DNA of 64,000 bases. Source: Acidobacteriota bacterium (lineage in GTDB: Bacteria; Acidobacteriota; UBA890). Numbering within the stretch: the first letter of the stretch is position 1; each line of letters opens with the position of its first letter. Positions 10,280 through 19,956 of this stretch are shown piece by piece. A program made the position numbers and the translations under genes. The notes under the pieces are model-generated. The model saw only the letters and a list, made by a program, of their open reading frames with translations, did no database searches and had not been told where the DNA came from. Location of the stretch: positions 210,214 to 274,213 of the forward strand of contig CBDCBL010000009.1 in the NCBI GenBank assembly GCA_965214245.1, read 5' to 3'.

Positions 10280-11284
10280 CTAGTCGGTGGCGGTTTCTGC
10301 CGCAAAGCGGTCGAGATCTTCACGCCGCCCCAACACCAGCAACGTCGAACCAGCTTCAATAGTTTCGTTCGGCGACGGGTTGAACGCAAGCGTGTCGTCG
10401 GGTTGCACGCGCCCCACGACCAGCAATCCGAAACGGCGCCGGATGTCGGTTGCGCCGAGTGTTCGACCGGCGAGTGATGAATCTTCGGCAACCCGCAGCT
10501 CCTGCAACTCGAGTTCTTCCATGGTGGCGTGCCCCGACACGATGTCGATGAACTCGACCACGGTCGGGTTCAACACGGAGTGCGCCATGCGGTGGCCACC
10601 GATGATGTTCGGCGAAACGACGCGATCGGCACCCGCCGCGTTAAGCCGCCGTTCCCCGTTGTCGCTGATCGAACGCGCCAGAACGAAAAGGTCCGAGCAC
10701 AGGTCTTTGCTCAGCAGTGTCACGTAGACGCTGTCGGCTTCGCTGGGCAGCGCCAAGATGAGCCCCTTGGCGCGTTCCAGCCCGACGGCAAGCAGTGTTT
10801 TCTCTTCGGTAGCATCGCCGCAAAAGTACAGGTAGCCGTCACCCTCGATCCGTTCGGTCATTCTTTCGTTCGAATCGACGACGACAAACGGCGCGTGCGC
10901 TTTGGCGAGATCCTGGCACACGACCCTACCGACGCGGCCGTAGCCGCAAACGATGTAGTGTTCGCTCAACCGCATGATGTCGCGTTCCATTCCCCGTTTT
11001 CCTACGATGTCGCGGAGCTCGCCTTCGAAAATGGCCCGGGTAACCCCGGCTACCAGCAGGGAGATCGCAGTCAAACCGAAGCCGATCAAGGCCACCGTGA
11101 TCACCTTGCCCGTGTCGGACAGCGGCTGCACCTCACGGAAACCGACGGTGCTCAACGTGATGACGACCATGTAGAAGCTGTCGATCAACCTCCAGCCTTC
11201 TACATAGTAGTAGGCGAGCGTCCCCCCGATTACCGTAAGGGCCAACATCGGTAGGGCCCAACGCAACAGTTTCGAGGTTCCCAT
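10280..11284 (-). CDS. ion channel with RCK domains (TrkA-N NAD-binding + TrkA-C); pore filter TVGFRE is not a canonical GYG
   Basis: Two TM helices + pore helix (VITLSTVGFREV), then Rossmann GxGxxG (IVCGYGRVGRVV) and TrkA-C. Confidence 0.7.
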   Translation of the reverse strand: MGTSKLLRWALPMLALTVIGGTLAYYYVEGWRLIDSFYMVVITLSTVGFREVQPLSDTGKVITVALIGFGLTAISLLVAGVTRAIFEGELRDIVGKRGMERDIMRLSEHYIVCGYGRVGRVVCQDLAKAHAPFVVVDSNERMTERIEGDGYLYFCGDATEEKTLLAVGLERAKGLILALPSEADSVYVTLLSKDLCSDLFVLARSISDNGERRLNAAGADRVVSPNIIGGHRMAHSVLNPTVVEFIDIVSGHATMEELELQELRVAEDSSLAGRTLGATDIRRRFGLLVVGRVQPDDTLAFNPSPNETIEAGSTLLVLGRREDLDRFAAETATD

Positions 11285-11286
11285 GC

Positions 11287-11772
11287 TCAGTCCGAGTCGG
11301 GCGCCTCGTGAATCGTCGAGAAGCTGAGGATCTCGTAGCTTTTCAGCCCGCGTGGGGTCTCGACCTCGACCTCGTCGCCCCCATGTTTGCCGATCAACGA
11401 ACGACCGATGGGCGACGAAACGGAGATCTTGCCGTTCGGTGGGTCGGATTCGTCCGGACTCACGAGCCGGTACGTCAGCTCGTTGTCGGTATCCAGATCG
11501 AGGAGTTCGACGAGGGACCAGAAGCCGATCGAGTCGCGCGGAATCATGCGCTCCTCGATGTTGGCGAGCGACTGTTTCTTTTCGTACAAGCGCGCCAGCT
11601 GCGCCTGTACGAGATCCTTGCGCGCTTTGGCGGCGTCGTACTCGGCGTTCTCGCTCAAGTCGCCATGCGCCGCCGCTTCGGCGAGCTGACGCGGCAGCTC
11701 GACCTTGAGCTCGCGTTCCAGCGGCCCGATCTTGTCGTCCATCTTCTTCAAGAGCTTTTCGCGAATGCCCAT
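11287..11772 (-). CDS. greA: transcription elongation factor GreA
   Basis: 161 aa MGIREKLLKKMDDKIGPLERELKVELPRQLAEAAAHGDLSENAEYDAAK...; the longer ORF-track ORF (11287..12399) is N-terminally extended into the upstream gene in another frame. Confidence 0.9.
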   Translation of the reverse strand: MGIREKLLKKMDDKIGPLERELKVELPRQLAEAAAHGDLSENAEYDAAKARKDLVQAQLARLYEKKQSLANIEERMIPRDSIGFWSLVELLDLDTDNELTYRLVSPDESDPPNGKISVSSPIGRSLIGKHGGDEVEVETPRGLKSYEILSFSTIHEAPDSD

Positions 11773-11812
11773 CAGCGGAGTGTAACGGTCGAGAATCGGG
11801 CTGCCAAACTTG

Positions 11813-12892
11813 CTAACGGCGCCGCACGCGGCCGAGGGCAGCTTGGGCGGCGAACATCCCGGGCTCGATGCGCAACGCCCGCTGGTAGGCGCGTTCTGCT
11901 TCACGCGGCCGGTCTTGATACTCCAGCGCCAGTCCCAGGTTGTACCAAGCTGCCGCGTCGTTGCCCCGCGCTTCGAGCACCCGACGAAACGCAGCTTCGG
12001 CGGCTGCGTAGCTCTGTTGCAACAACGCAATATTGCCGCGGGTGGCCCGCGCGTCGACGTCGTCGGGGTTGTTCTCCAGCAAGCCATCGAGAAGAGTCGT
12101 TGCTTCCTCGTAGCCGCCTTGATAGAGCAGCGTGCGGGCGAGGTTGTAGCGCGCGTAGTCGTACGCGGGGGCAAGCTCCAGGGCGTGGCGAAAGTGCGTC
12201 GCCGCCGTTTCGAGCTCGCCTTGGTTGAAAGCACGGATGCCGAGTGACGTCCAATACTGCTGGTCGTCTGGTCCCGGCGGGCCGATGCTGATGATCTCGG
12301 GACCGATCTCGACGCGTGGGTCTTCCCGCGACTCGTAGCTACCGGGCGCGGCGTTGAAGTAGTACGCAACCGGCTCCTCGAGCTCATCGCCCGGGGCAAC
12401 GCCGGCGAACACCTCCGTCATGTAAAGGACGTATGCGCCGGCGCGCGACAAGCCGATGCCGGCGTGGGTGAACTCCGGATTCATTCGATTGCGGCGGTGA
12501 CCGTCGCTGCGCATGAGCGCGGCGTGCAGGTGCTCGACGCTACGGTTGCGGGCCACGTTCTCGCCCAACAACGGCACGGTGGGGAACGAGATCCGCAAGC
12601 GGCGTTCGGACGACAGGTTGAATTCATAAGAATGGTGCGAGACACGCCCGATCTCGGACTGCTCCTGACTCTGCCGACGCGCCAGTCTGCTCAGCGACTC
12701 ACTCGGGCGGAGCACGGCAAGTCCGGCGGCGAGCCGCTCGCTGTTGAGCAGCTCGAGTGCCCGCATCTCGAGGTTCTCCAGTTCCGGGTCCGGAGCCTGC
12801 TGGGCGCCGGCCCCGCCGAACGAGGTGCTGGCAAGCACGAACGCCACGCCGATCAGCGGCCACCAGGGCACCGGCAGGCGTCTGACGCTCAT
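11813..12892 (-). CDS. secreted CAP/SCP/PR1-like domain protein fused to C-terminal TPR repeats
   Basis: Signal peptide, CAP motifs (GHYTQVVW-like region, HLHAALMRSDGHRRNRMNPEFTHAGIG), then 3-4 TPR repeats (WYNLGLALEYQDRPREAERAYQRALRIEP). Confidence 0.65.
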   Translation of the reverse strand: MSVRRLPVPWWPLIGVAFVLASTSFGGAGAQQAPDPELENLEMRALELLNSERLAAGLAVLRPSESLSRLARRQSQEQSEIGRVSHHSYEFNLSSERRLRISFPTVPLLGENVARNRSVEHLHAALMRSDGHRRNRMNPEFTHAGIGLSRAGAYVLYMTEVFAGVAPGDELEEPVAYYFNAAPGSYESREDPRVEIGPEIISIGPPGPDDQQYWTSLGIRAFNQGELETAATHFRHALELAPAYDYARYNLARTLLYQGGYEEATTLLDGLLENNPDDVDARATRGNIALLQQSYAAAEAAFRRVLEARGNDAAAWYNLGLALEYQDRPREAERAYQRALRIEPGMFAAQAALGRVRRR

Positions 12893-13353
12893 GAGAACAG
12901 GATCGCCACCGTTCCGCAGGCCAGGTTGAACTGCATCGACAGCAGCGCGGTTTGGTGCAGGCGGTCGAACTCGGTCTGCTGCTCTCCCGCCTCTGCTCCC
13001 GCCGTTTCATCGCGCAGCGCTCGGATACGTGGCGACAGGACGAAGATGGAATAGATCGCCGACAGGCTCATCAACGCGATGCAGACGTACTCGATGGCGT
13101 ACCAGGGAGACCAGCGCCCGTACCAACGCACCATCAAGACACTCGAAAGAATCAGCGCCGTGATACACACCAGAACCACGCCGTCGAAGCGCTGCAACGC
13201 GCCGCCGACGATTCTCCCCGCCAGGCTACGGTCGGGGGCTTCCTTGAAAGCGATGGGCGCAACGATGATGCCGATGGCCACGATGCCGCCGACCCACAGG
13301 GCGAGCGCCATCGTGTGCAGGAAATGCAAGACAAGAAACGTCCAGTTCGGCAT
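12889..13353 (-). CDS. DUF4149-like small membrane protein (4 TM)
   Basis: 154 aa, four hydrophobic helices; 4-nt ATGA overlap with the downstream CAP-TPR gene. Confidence 0.5.
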   Translation of the reverse strand: MPNWTFLVLHFLHTMALALWVGGIVAIGIIVAPIAFKEAPDRSLAGRIVGGALQRFDGVVLVCITALILSSVLMVRWYGRWSPWYAIEYVCIALMSLSAIYSIFVLSPRIRALRDETAGAEAGEQQTEFDRLHQTALLSMQFNLACGTVAILFS

Positions 13354-13391
13354 GGCACACCTGGTCGAGTGGCTGTAAGGCGCGGCGCCGC

Positions 13392-16217
13392 TCAGCGGCG
13401 CTCGCCGGGGCGGACGCCATAATACCCGGGCCGCGCCTGGATGCGCCCTCCCCTACCCTTCAGCGTCACTTCGAGTTGTCGCCACTCCCCGTCCCATTGC
13501 TGGTTGGCCGGGTAGTACGAAACGGAATACTGGCTCTCGAGCTCAGCCGCGATCTCCGCATAGACGTTCTCGAGCTCGTCGAGCCGCAGCGGGAAATACG
13601 CGGAGCCGCCGGTGATCTCCGCCAGGGCACGCAGGTTTTCGACGCTCTCGCGCACCGCGTCGCTGGCGTCGCCGAGCTCCGTGGCGTCATGCATCAGTTG
13701 CAGGCCGACCGTGTACACCAGCACGTCGGACTGTCGCGTGTACTCCAGAACATCCGGAAAGTCGAACCTGCTGTGGACATCAAGGCCGTCCGACAGCACG
13801 ATGAGGGCCCGTCTTCCGGTACGGCGGTTTACCTTGCGCAGCGACTCGACCATGGCGTCGAACAGCGATGTAGCACCGTCGGAATGCATCGATGCGATGG
13901 CGGCGCGCAGCGCCTCGACTTCGTTGGTGAAGTCGGAATACAGATACAGCCTGTCGTTGAAGCCGAGCACCATGGCACGGTCGTTGCCACGCAACAGCGT
14001 GTCGACGAGCTTGTTGGCACCGGCCTTGGCGCTGGCAATGCCGCCGCCAATCATGCTGCTACTGGTATCGATGAGCATCGCCGCGGAAATCGCCGTGTCC
14101 TCGCCCTTGGCGAAGCTCACTACCTCCTGCATCACGCCGTCCTCGACAATCTGAAAATCCTCGGCTGTGAGATCTTCGATAAAACCGCCGCCGGGCTGTC
14201 GGACGGTGACGTTCAGAGTGACCAGGTCGACGCTGGCGCCGAAACCGAGGACGTCACTCCGCAGCAGCACGCGCGAATCGGTCGCGATCCGCCCGCCGGT
14301 GCCGACGGCGACGACCCGCAGGGCGAAGATGTGCTCGTCTTCGCTGGCCGCAAATGTCACCTGAGCGTTGGAGCCGGCGCCGCGGCCGACGATCTGATCG
14401 TTGACGTACAGCTCGGTCATCAGTGCCGGCGGTCCATCGACGGCAACCGAGAAGTTCATCTCGCCCAGCGGAATCGCGTTGACCGCAGGACTGATGATGC
14501 GCACCCCGAAGTCCTCTTCGTACGCCGACCCGGCAGCCGGATCTCCGGCGTTCGCGGGTGGACCGTTGTCGTCGAGCGCCGCTTCGGTTCGCACACCGCC
14601 ACCGGGGATCGTCAGCTCTGCTACGGGTTCGATGGTTTCGTTGGCGGCCAGGCGTTCGAGCGGCGAACCGTCAGGTCCGGTGGCCGCCGCCGGCATGCGG
14701 ATGATCAGATAGGAGTTCAGCAGATCCGCCGGATCGCGCAGGAGACGCTCGGTGAGCGCCTCGGGATCATCGGCGCGCCAGTACCGCGCCTCGATTCGCG
14801 CGCCCCCCTGGCCGCGGCGCGGGAACTCGACGAAGTCGCGCGCCATGCGGCTCTCGCCGGGTGGCAAAACCACAAAGACGCGCCGCTGCGTGCGGGCCGC
14901 AGGCCGGGCAATCCACTGGGCGCTCACCAGCAAACCGAGCCCCACGGGTTCTTTGCTCAGGTTGGTGAACGTGACGGTGAACTCCTCGACCCGCTTGCGA
15001 CCGACCTGTTTGATCTCGCCGCTGAAATGCAACTCGCCGATCTCGATCTGCTCGTCGAGGGGGAAAAAGCTGCGAATCCTGTCCGCACTCCCGAATCCGA
15101 AACGGTTATTGCTGCGTTTGACGTCGGGCAAACGGCCTTCGGGATCGAGGCGGACCTCGACGGGGGCGGCGGAGATCTCGATCTCCCACGGTTCCGTTTG
15201 TGTGCTCGCGGGGATGTCGGCATAGAGCCGCTCGCCGGTAGCGAGCCGCACTTCGACCTGCGCCCAGGTGGGGATCTCGCTGGCGCGGGTTACTTCACCG
15301 GAGATCCGTGTGCCTGCGTCGGTTACTTTGACGCGCGCCAAGCCGAGGTCCACTGCGGCGGTCGGTTCGAGCCAGGCGTCCAAGAGGACTTCAGGACGGG
15401 GCATGAGGTCGGCAGGCAGATTGCCGACCGCGGTCTCTCGAATGCCTCGCGCCGCCGGGGCGTTGGCACCCAATAGCAACAGGTTGTTGACCGCGGCCTC
15501 GCCGTACAACCCCTCGAGCAAGCGAAACGTTCCGTAGGCCTTGCCGCGCGCCGCATTGCCGGTGGCCGCGGCGCCGGCGCCCTCGAGCGGCACCGGCTGA
15601 CGCTGGCGTATGGCGATGGAGTAGGCGCTGTCGAGGTTGTACAGGATCGGCGTTGTCGCCCGAGCCCGGCGCGCCAGCACCTCGGTCAGGTACAGCGCCG
15701 CTCCGTCTGTCCACCAGGCCTCGGGATCTTCGGCGTCGGCGAAGTAGAGGCGGCCGAGTGCATACGCCATCAGCCAGGTGGCATAGCCCGTCGCGAACGC
15801 CACACCTTGATCCTCGGCGAGAATCGCGAAGGGATCGTTGAAATGAATCACCGGCCCGTTCGGCGTTTGCTCCAAGCGGACGCTGGCCGAGGTCTGCATG
15901 GCAACCATCGGGTCGGGCGTCCAGCGCAACTCGCCGGCGGGCACCTGGAGGCCGATGATTTCCTCCAGTGCCGTCGCCGCGTCGTTGGCGTAGCCCGCCA
16001 GGCGGAGGGCCCATTGCCCGCGATCGGCGGGGGCCACCAGCCGCACGGGCGCGGCGGACAGCTGTAACGTCTGCGGGGCCTGGGTCGCGGCCGGACCGGA
16101 GTACGCGGGTGCCGGCGCCGACGAAGCCGTGGCCGCGCAAGATATCGCAACTGCCACGACTGTGGCCATCGCGAACGAGCGGTGACGGGTTGCAACAGGA
16201 GGGAGAAACAAGGGCAT
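13392..16217 (-). CDS. large secreted protein with C-terminal von Willebrand factor A (VWA) domain
   Basis: 1030-aa ORF; likely start MPLFLPP... (16217) then signal peptide MATVVAVAISCAATASSA; MIDAS motif DTSSSM...DGATSL...SDG near the C-terminus. Confidence 0.6.
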   Translation of the reverse strand: MPLFLPPVATRHRSFAMATVVAVAISCAATASSAPAPAYSGPAATQAPQTLQLSAAPVRLVAPADRGQWALRLAGYANDAATALEEIIGLQVPAGELRWTPDPMVAMQTSASVRLEQTPNGPVIHFNDPFAILAEDQGVAFATGYATWLMAYALGRLYFADAEDPEAWWTDGAALYLTEVLARRARATTPILYNLDSAYSIAIRQRQPVPLEGAGAAATGNAARGKAYGTFRLLEGLYGEAAVNNLLLLGANAPAARGIRETAVGNLPADLMPRPEVLLDAWLEPTAAVDLGLARVKVTDAGTRISGEVTRASEIPTWAQVEVRLATGERLYADIPASTQTEPWEIEISAAPVEVRLDPEGRLPDVKRSNNRFGFGSADRIRSFFPLDEQIEIGELHFSGEIKQVGRKRVEEFTVTFTNLSKEPVGLGLLVSAQWIARPAARTQRRVFVVLPPGESRMARDFVEFPRRGQGGARIEARYWRADDPEALTERLLRDPADLLNSYLIIRMPAAATGPDGSPLERLAANETIEPVAELTIPGGGVRTEAALDDNGPPANAGDPAAGSAYEEDFGVRIISPAVNAIPLGEMNFSVAVDGPPALMTELYVNDQIVGRGAGSNAQVTFAASEDEHIFALRVVAVGTGGRIATDSRVLLRSDVLGFGASVDLVTLNVTVRQPGGGFIEDLTAEDFQIVEDGVMQEVVSFAKGEDTAISAAMLIDTSSSMIGGGIASAKAGANKLVDTLLRGNDRAMVLGFNDRLYLYSDFTNEVEALRAAIASMHSDGATSLFDAMVESLRKVNRRTGRRALIVLSDGLDVHSRFDFPDVLEYTRQSDVLVYTVGLQLMHDATELGDASDAVRESVENLRALAEITGGSAYFPLRLDELENVYAEIAAELESQYSVSYYPANQQWDGEWRQLEVTLKGRGGRIQARPGYYGVRPGERR

Positions 16218-16338
16218 GATCTGAGTATAGCATCGGGCCTCTGGCCGCACGTAGTTGAGCGGTGCCTGTTCCCGTGCTACGATCGGGCGTCCTGAAAGCC
16301 GCCTAACCTCTTTGTTTTCAGTTAGTTGCAGATTTCCT

Positions 16339-17643
16339 ATGGCGAGCGAACGCTTCCAGGTTGTCGTCGTCGGCGCCGGACTCGCCGGCACGGCCGCAGC
16401 CTTGACTCTGGCGCGCGAAGGCGTGGAAGTCCTGGTTATCGAGCGCGGCGATTTCCCGGGCGCCAAGAACCTCTTCGGCGGCATTCTCTACACCGGTGTT
16501 CTCGCGGAGTTGATACCCGAATTCTGGAACAGCGCCCCGATCGAACGGCACGTGGTGAACCGTCGCTGGGTGGCCCTCGATGAAGAGACGCAAGTTGCTC
16601 TGGATCTGAAGAGCGCGCGCTTCGACCAGCCGCCCTTCAACAACACGTTCACGGCGCTGCGCTCGAAGTTCGACCGCTGGTTCGCGGAGCAAGCCGAGGA
16701 GGCCGGCGCTTTCATCATCAGTGAGACCCCCGTCGAGGAGCTTCTCTTCGAGGGCGGCAAAGTAGTGGGCGTGCGCACGGGGCGCGACGACGGGGACGTA
16801 CTCGCTGACTGCGTGATCCTGGCGGAGGGCGCCAACGCCTTACTGGCCGAGGCCGCCGGGCTGCGCCAGCAGATGGGACCCACCAACCGGGTCAACGCTG
16901 TGAAGGAAGTCCTGGCCTTGCCCCCCGAGATCATCGAGGACCGGTTTCACCTCGAGGGCAACCAGGGCGCTGCCTTCGAGTACTTCGGCGGCGCCGTGAA
17001 AGGCATGATCGGCTCGTGCTTCATCTACACCAACAAGGACAGCATCTCGGTGGGCGTCGGTTGCTTGATCGAGGATTTTCTGCGCACCAAGACGGCTCCC
17101 TACGAGCTGCTGGACTACTTCAAGGCGCACCCGTCGGTCGCCCCGTTACTACGCGGCGCGGAGACCGTCGAGTACGCCACGAAGATGATCCCGGAGGATT
17201 CGTACAACGACCTGAGCGACCTCTACGGCGATGGCGTCATGCTGGTTGGTGACTGCGCCGGTCTTGTGAATCCCTCGATACACCACGAGGGCACCAACCT
17301 GGCGATGGCGTCGGGCGTGTTCGCCGCCGAGACGGTGCTGGAAGGCCGCCAGAAAAACGACTGGTCGCGCGCCACACTCGCCGGTTATCGGCGGCGGCTC
17401 GACGAATCATGGGTCATGAAGGACCTGGCGCACTACCGCGACACGGTTCACTTCCTGCGCACCAACCGCGAGTTCGTCGACGACTATCCGAAGCTCACCG
17501 TCGAGCTGTTGCGCAACTACTTCACCATCGACGACACGCCGAAGCCGGAAGTGCGCAAGCGCCTCATCCGCAAGGTTCGCGACGAAGTCGCGTTCCTGAA
17601 GGTAGCGCGGCAGCTGTGGAAGGCCCGCAAGACGTTGGTCTAG
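16339..17643 (+). CDS. fixC: FixC: FAD-dependent electron-transfer-flavoprotein:quinone oxidoreductase
   Basis: MASERFQVVVVGAGLAGTAAALTLAREG (FAD Rossmann), full-length similarity to FixC/ETF-QO; followed by fixX. Confidence 0.85.
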   Translation: MASERFQVVVVGAGLAGTAAALTLAREGVEVLVIERGDFPGAKNLFGGILYTGVLAELIPEFWNSAPIERHVVNRRWVALDEETQVALDLKSARFDQPPFNNTFTALRSKFDRWFAEQAEEAGAFIISETPVEELLFEGGKVVGVRTGRDDGDVLADCVILAEGANALLAEAAGLRQQMGPTNRVNAVKEVLALPPEIIEDRFHLEGNQGAAFEYFGGAVKGMIGSCFIYTNKDSISVGVGCLIEDFLRTKTAPYELLDYFKAHPSVAPLLRGAETVEYATKMIPEDSYNDLSDLYGDGVMLVGDCAGLVNPSIHHEGTNLAMASGVFAAETVLEGRQKNDWSRATLAGYRRRLDESWVMKDLAHYRDTVHFLRTNREFVDDYPKLTVELLRNYFTIDDTPKPEVRKRLIRKVRDEVAFLKVARQLWKARKTLV

Positions 17644-17693
17644 CCCTAGTGTGCTGAAGAACTCCCAAGGGCGCCTGCTACAGTGGGGTCATC

Positions 17694-18005
17694 ATGGCAA
17701 TCGAAGTCAAAGAGTACTTGAAGCCGCATGTGAGCCTGTCGATGGCCGAGCGCCTCGACTTGGTGCGGCGCCGGTTCGCTGAGGATAGTCACATCGAAGT
17801 CGACCAGGAGGCCTTCAAAGCCGACGTGGATAAGGCGGTGCTGTTCATCTGCCCCGCCCAGGTTTTCAAGCTCAACGAGAGCGCCGACACCTGCATCGTC
17901 AACTACGAAGATTGCTTGGAATGCGGTACCTGTCAGGTGGCCCGCCGCTACACGACGTGGCGCAATCCTAAGGGGGGCTACGGCGTTACCTATCGTTACG
18001 GATAG
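17694..18005 (+). CDS. fixX: FixX ferredoxin-like protein
   Basis: 103 aa, cysteine motifs CPAQVF...CLECGTC typical of FixX, immediately downstream of fixC. Confidence 0.8.
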   Translation: MAIEVKEYLKPHVSLSMAERLDLVRRRFAEDSHIEVDQEAFKADVDKAVLFICPAQVFKLNESADTCIVNYEDCLECGTCQVARRYTTWRNPKGGYGVTYRYG

Positions 18006-18028
18006 TTTTCCAACCCGCCCCGTTCCGC

Positions 18029-18358
18029 TTAACCGACTCCCTTCCTTACAAACACCCGGTACCGCGCCTCCTCCTTCAGCAGCCCCAAGTATTCGTTACC
18101 TGTACTCATGCACCAGGCCGGGATATCGATTTCTACTCCCGCATCATCGGCAAGCAGCAGCAGCACTCCGCCGGCGGGGATATCGCCAATACGGTCCTGT
18201 GTACGAATCACCGGCTCGGGACAAAACGTTCTGAGCGCGTCGACGGTGATCACGGGCTCGAGCCCAGCCAGCTCGCCGCCGGTAAGTGTGCCGTGAACGT
18301 GCCGGTAGATGTCGGGATTGCGCTGCAGTCGGCGGCCCCCGGCAGGGCGCTGCCTCAA
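18029..18358 (-). CDS. TusA/SirA-family sulfur carrier protein (CPxP motif); true start probably internal
   Basis: LDARGLKCPEP-like motif VDALRTFCPEPV...GGVLLLLADD...DIPAWCMSTGNEY; 4-nt overlap with upstream PP-loop gene. Confidence 0.6.
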   Translation of the reverse strand: MRQRPAGGRRLQRNPDIYRHVHGTLTGGELAGLEPVITVDALRTFCPEPVIRTQDRIGDIPAGGVLLLLADDAGVEIDIPAWCMSTGNEYLGLLKEEARYRVFVRKGVG

Positions 18359-19398
18359 ATGCGCATCTCCTCGAGCGCATCGTCGTCGGTCAGCGGCACG
18401 ACGGTTAGCTGGCCCTCGTCGTCGCCGATCCGCCAGCGGACCGGTACGGTGGGTTCGCTGCGACCGTCGCTGTAGCGAGCGGTGATCTGGCAGGCGGTTT
18501 CGAGATCGCGGGCCGACGGGCTGCCTTCGACGAGCGTCAGCGGCGACGGAAAATCGTCCACCCAGACTTCAGCCCGGCCGTCGACGAACCGATTCAGGTA
18601 GGCGTTTTCTCCCTCATCGCGGCCGACCACCATCTTGACCGCGTCGCTAAGCCGAAAGTGGCGTCCGACTTTCAGCAACATCATGTCGTCTGCCGACACA
18701 TCGGTGCCGTTGTGGGCCAGAAAGTCCCGCAGCTTGCGGGCGTAGTTCTGGTCGGGAAGGAAGCAGCAGCCCCCGGCCGGCTGTGGATAGTCGATGATGC
18801 CGAGCTCCTCGGCGAGCGCCATCTGGCACTTCCGCGAGCGGCCGGATATGTCGTAGAGGCGCTCGCGGTCGACCCAGCCGCGTTCCTCCGGGATGCTCGG
18901 CGGCAACAGTTTGGCGCACAGCGGCCGCAACAGCAGGCGCCCGAGCCCCGATTCCTCGGCGACGTTATCGAGCGGCGTACGGCGCTGGCTCATCGGCCGC
19001 TGGCCGAGAACTTCGCCGGTGAACACGAAATGAAAGCCGCGCTCGTCCATGATTTGCTTGGCCTTCTCGAGCATGAAGATGCGGCAATCGATGCAAGGAT
19101 TCATCCCCGAGCCGTAGCCATACTTCGGGTTGAGAACCACCTTGGGGAGGTATTCGTCCTTGATGTCGATGATCTCGATCGGCACGCTGAGATCGGCGCC
19201 GGCCCGCAACGCCTCGTTGCGGTAGGGCTTGTCGGGATTGCTGCGATTCCCCAGGATCCGGTGACGGTCGGCGAGACAGAAACCGGTGGAAAAGTGCAGG
19301 CCGAGCACCTCGACGCCCTGCTCTTGCATCACCCGTGCGGCGAGGGTCGAATCGAGACCGCCCGACAGCAGCCCCAAAGCGCGGATCTGTTCGCTCAT
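18355..19398 (-). CDS. PP-loop ATP pyrophosphatase, Fe-S-type tRNA thiolase-like (ThiI/TtuA-like)
   Basis: LGLLSGGLDSTLAA PP-loop plus CIDCRIFM (CxxC) and further Cys residues; translationally coupled to TusA. Confidence 0.6.
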   Translation of the reverse strand: MSEQIRALGLLSGGLDSTLAARVMQEQGVEVLGLHFSTGFCLADRHRILGNRSNPDKPYRNEALRAGADLSVPIEIIDIKDEYLPKVVLNPKYGYGSGMNPCIDCRIFMLEKAKQIMDERGFHFVFTGEVLGQRPMSQRRTPLDNVAEESGLGRLLLRPLCAKLLPPSIPEERGWVDRERLYDISGRSRKCQMALAEELGIIDYPQPAGGCCFLPDQNYARKLRDFLAHNGTDVSADDMMLLKVGRHFRLSDAVKMVVGRDEGENAYLNRFVDGRAEVWVDDFPSPLTLVEGSPSARDLETACQITARYSDGRSEPTVPVRWRIGDDEGQLTVVPLTDDDALEEMRI

Positions 19399-19451
19399 CG
19401 GATATCAGTCCGGTTCAAAAAGGGTCACTTGAAGCGTAGCAGACGCCAGCC

Positions 19452-19482
19452 GGCCATGGTGGAAGTGTGATGGGTCTGGTTG
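19452..19482 (+). repeat. copy 1 of a dispersed ~30-nt intergenic motif GGCCRTGGTGRAAGTGYGATGGGTCTGGTTG
   Basis: GGCCATGGTGGAAGTGTGATGGGTCTGGTTG between Rrf2 stop and PP-loop start; 28/31 identical to the copy at 40273. Confidence 0.6.
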
Positions 19483-19488
19483 AGGACG

Positions 19489-19950
19489 CTACCCTTGCAT
19501 CAGCGCCCGGCGCGCCTGGTCGCGCTCCTGCCGAGAGGCATCGCATAGGTCGCCCAGGGTTGTCGAATCGAAGGCGTCTTCGATTTGTCGATGGACCTTC
19601 ATCCACAGCAACCGCGACACGCAGAAGGCTCCCCTGCCGCAGTCATCGAAGTCGGGGTCGGGATCCGCGCAGGCCGCCACGAACACGGGACCTTCGAGCG
19701 CCCGGATGATCTGCCCCACCGAGATGTCCGCCGGGTGGCGGGCGAGCTGGTAGCCGCCCTTGCGTCCCCGGACGCTCTCCACCAGTCCGCTGCGCCGCAT
19801 GACAGCGACGAGCTGCTCCAGATACGCCAGCGACAGATCCTGCTCTTCGGCAACCGTGCGCAGCACAACCGGGCCCTCGCCCCAATGGCAGGCGAGCTGG
19901 AACATGGCACGCACGCCGTAGCGGGCGCGGCTGGAAAGGATCATTGCCAT
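19489..19950 (-). CDS. Rrf2-family transcriptional regulator (IscR/NsrR-like, three Cys)
   Basis: MAMILSSRARYGVRAMFQLA...GGYQLAR wHTH and Cys cluster CADPDPDFDDCGRGAFC. Confidence 0.8.
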   Translation of the reverse strand: MAMILSSRARYGVRAMFQLACHWGEGPVVLRTVAEEQDLSLAYLEQLVAVMRRSGLVESVRGRKGGYQLARHPADISVGQIIRALEGPVFVAACADPDPDFDDCGRGAFCVSRLLWMKVHRQIEDAFDSTTLGDLCDASRQERDQARRALMQG

Positions 19951-19956
19951 GGTCGG

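Noticed and set aside
11287-12399. 370-aa ORF containing GreA
   Set aside because: Only the last 161 codons are GreA. The upstream 209 codons are an Arg/Ser/Thr-rich out-of-frame read-through of the CAP-TPR gene region. Real start is ATG at 11772.
16218-16338. sigma-54 promoter upstream of fixC (TGGCCGCACGTAGTTGAGC)
   Set aside because: GG and GC elements are mis-spaced by one position relative to the TGGCAC-N5-TTGC consensus. Not supportable without a matrix scan.
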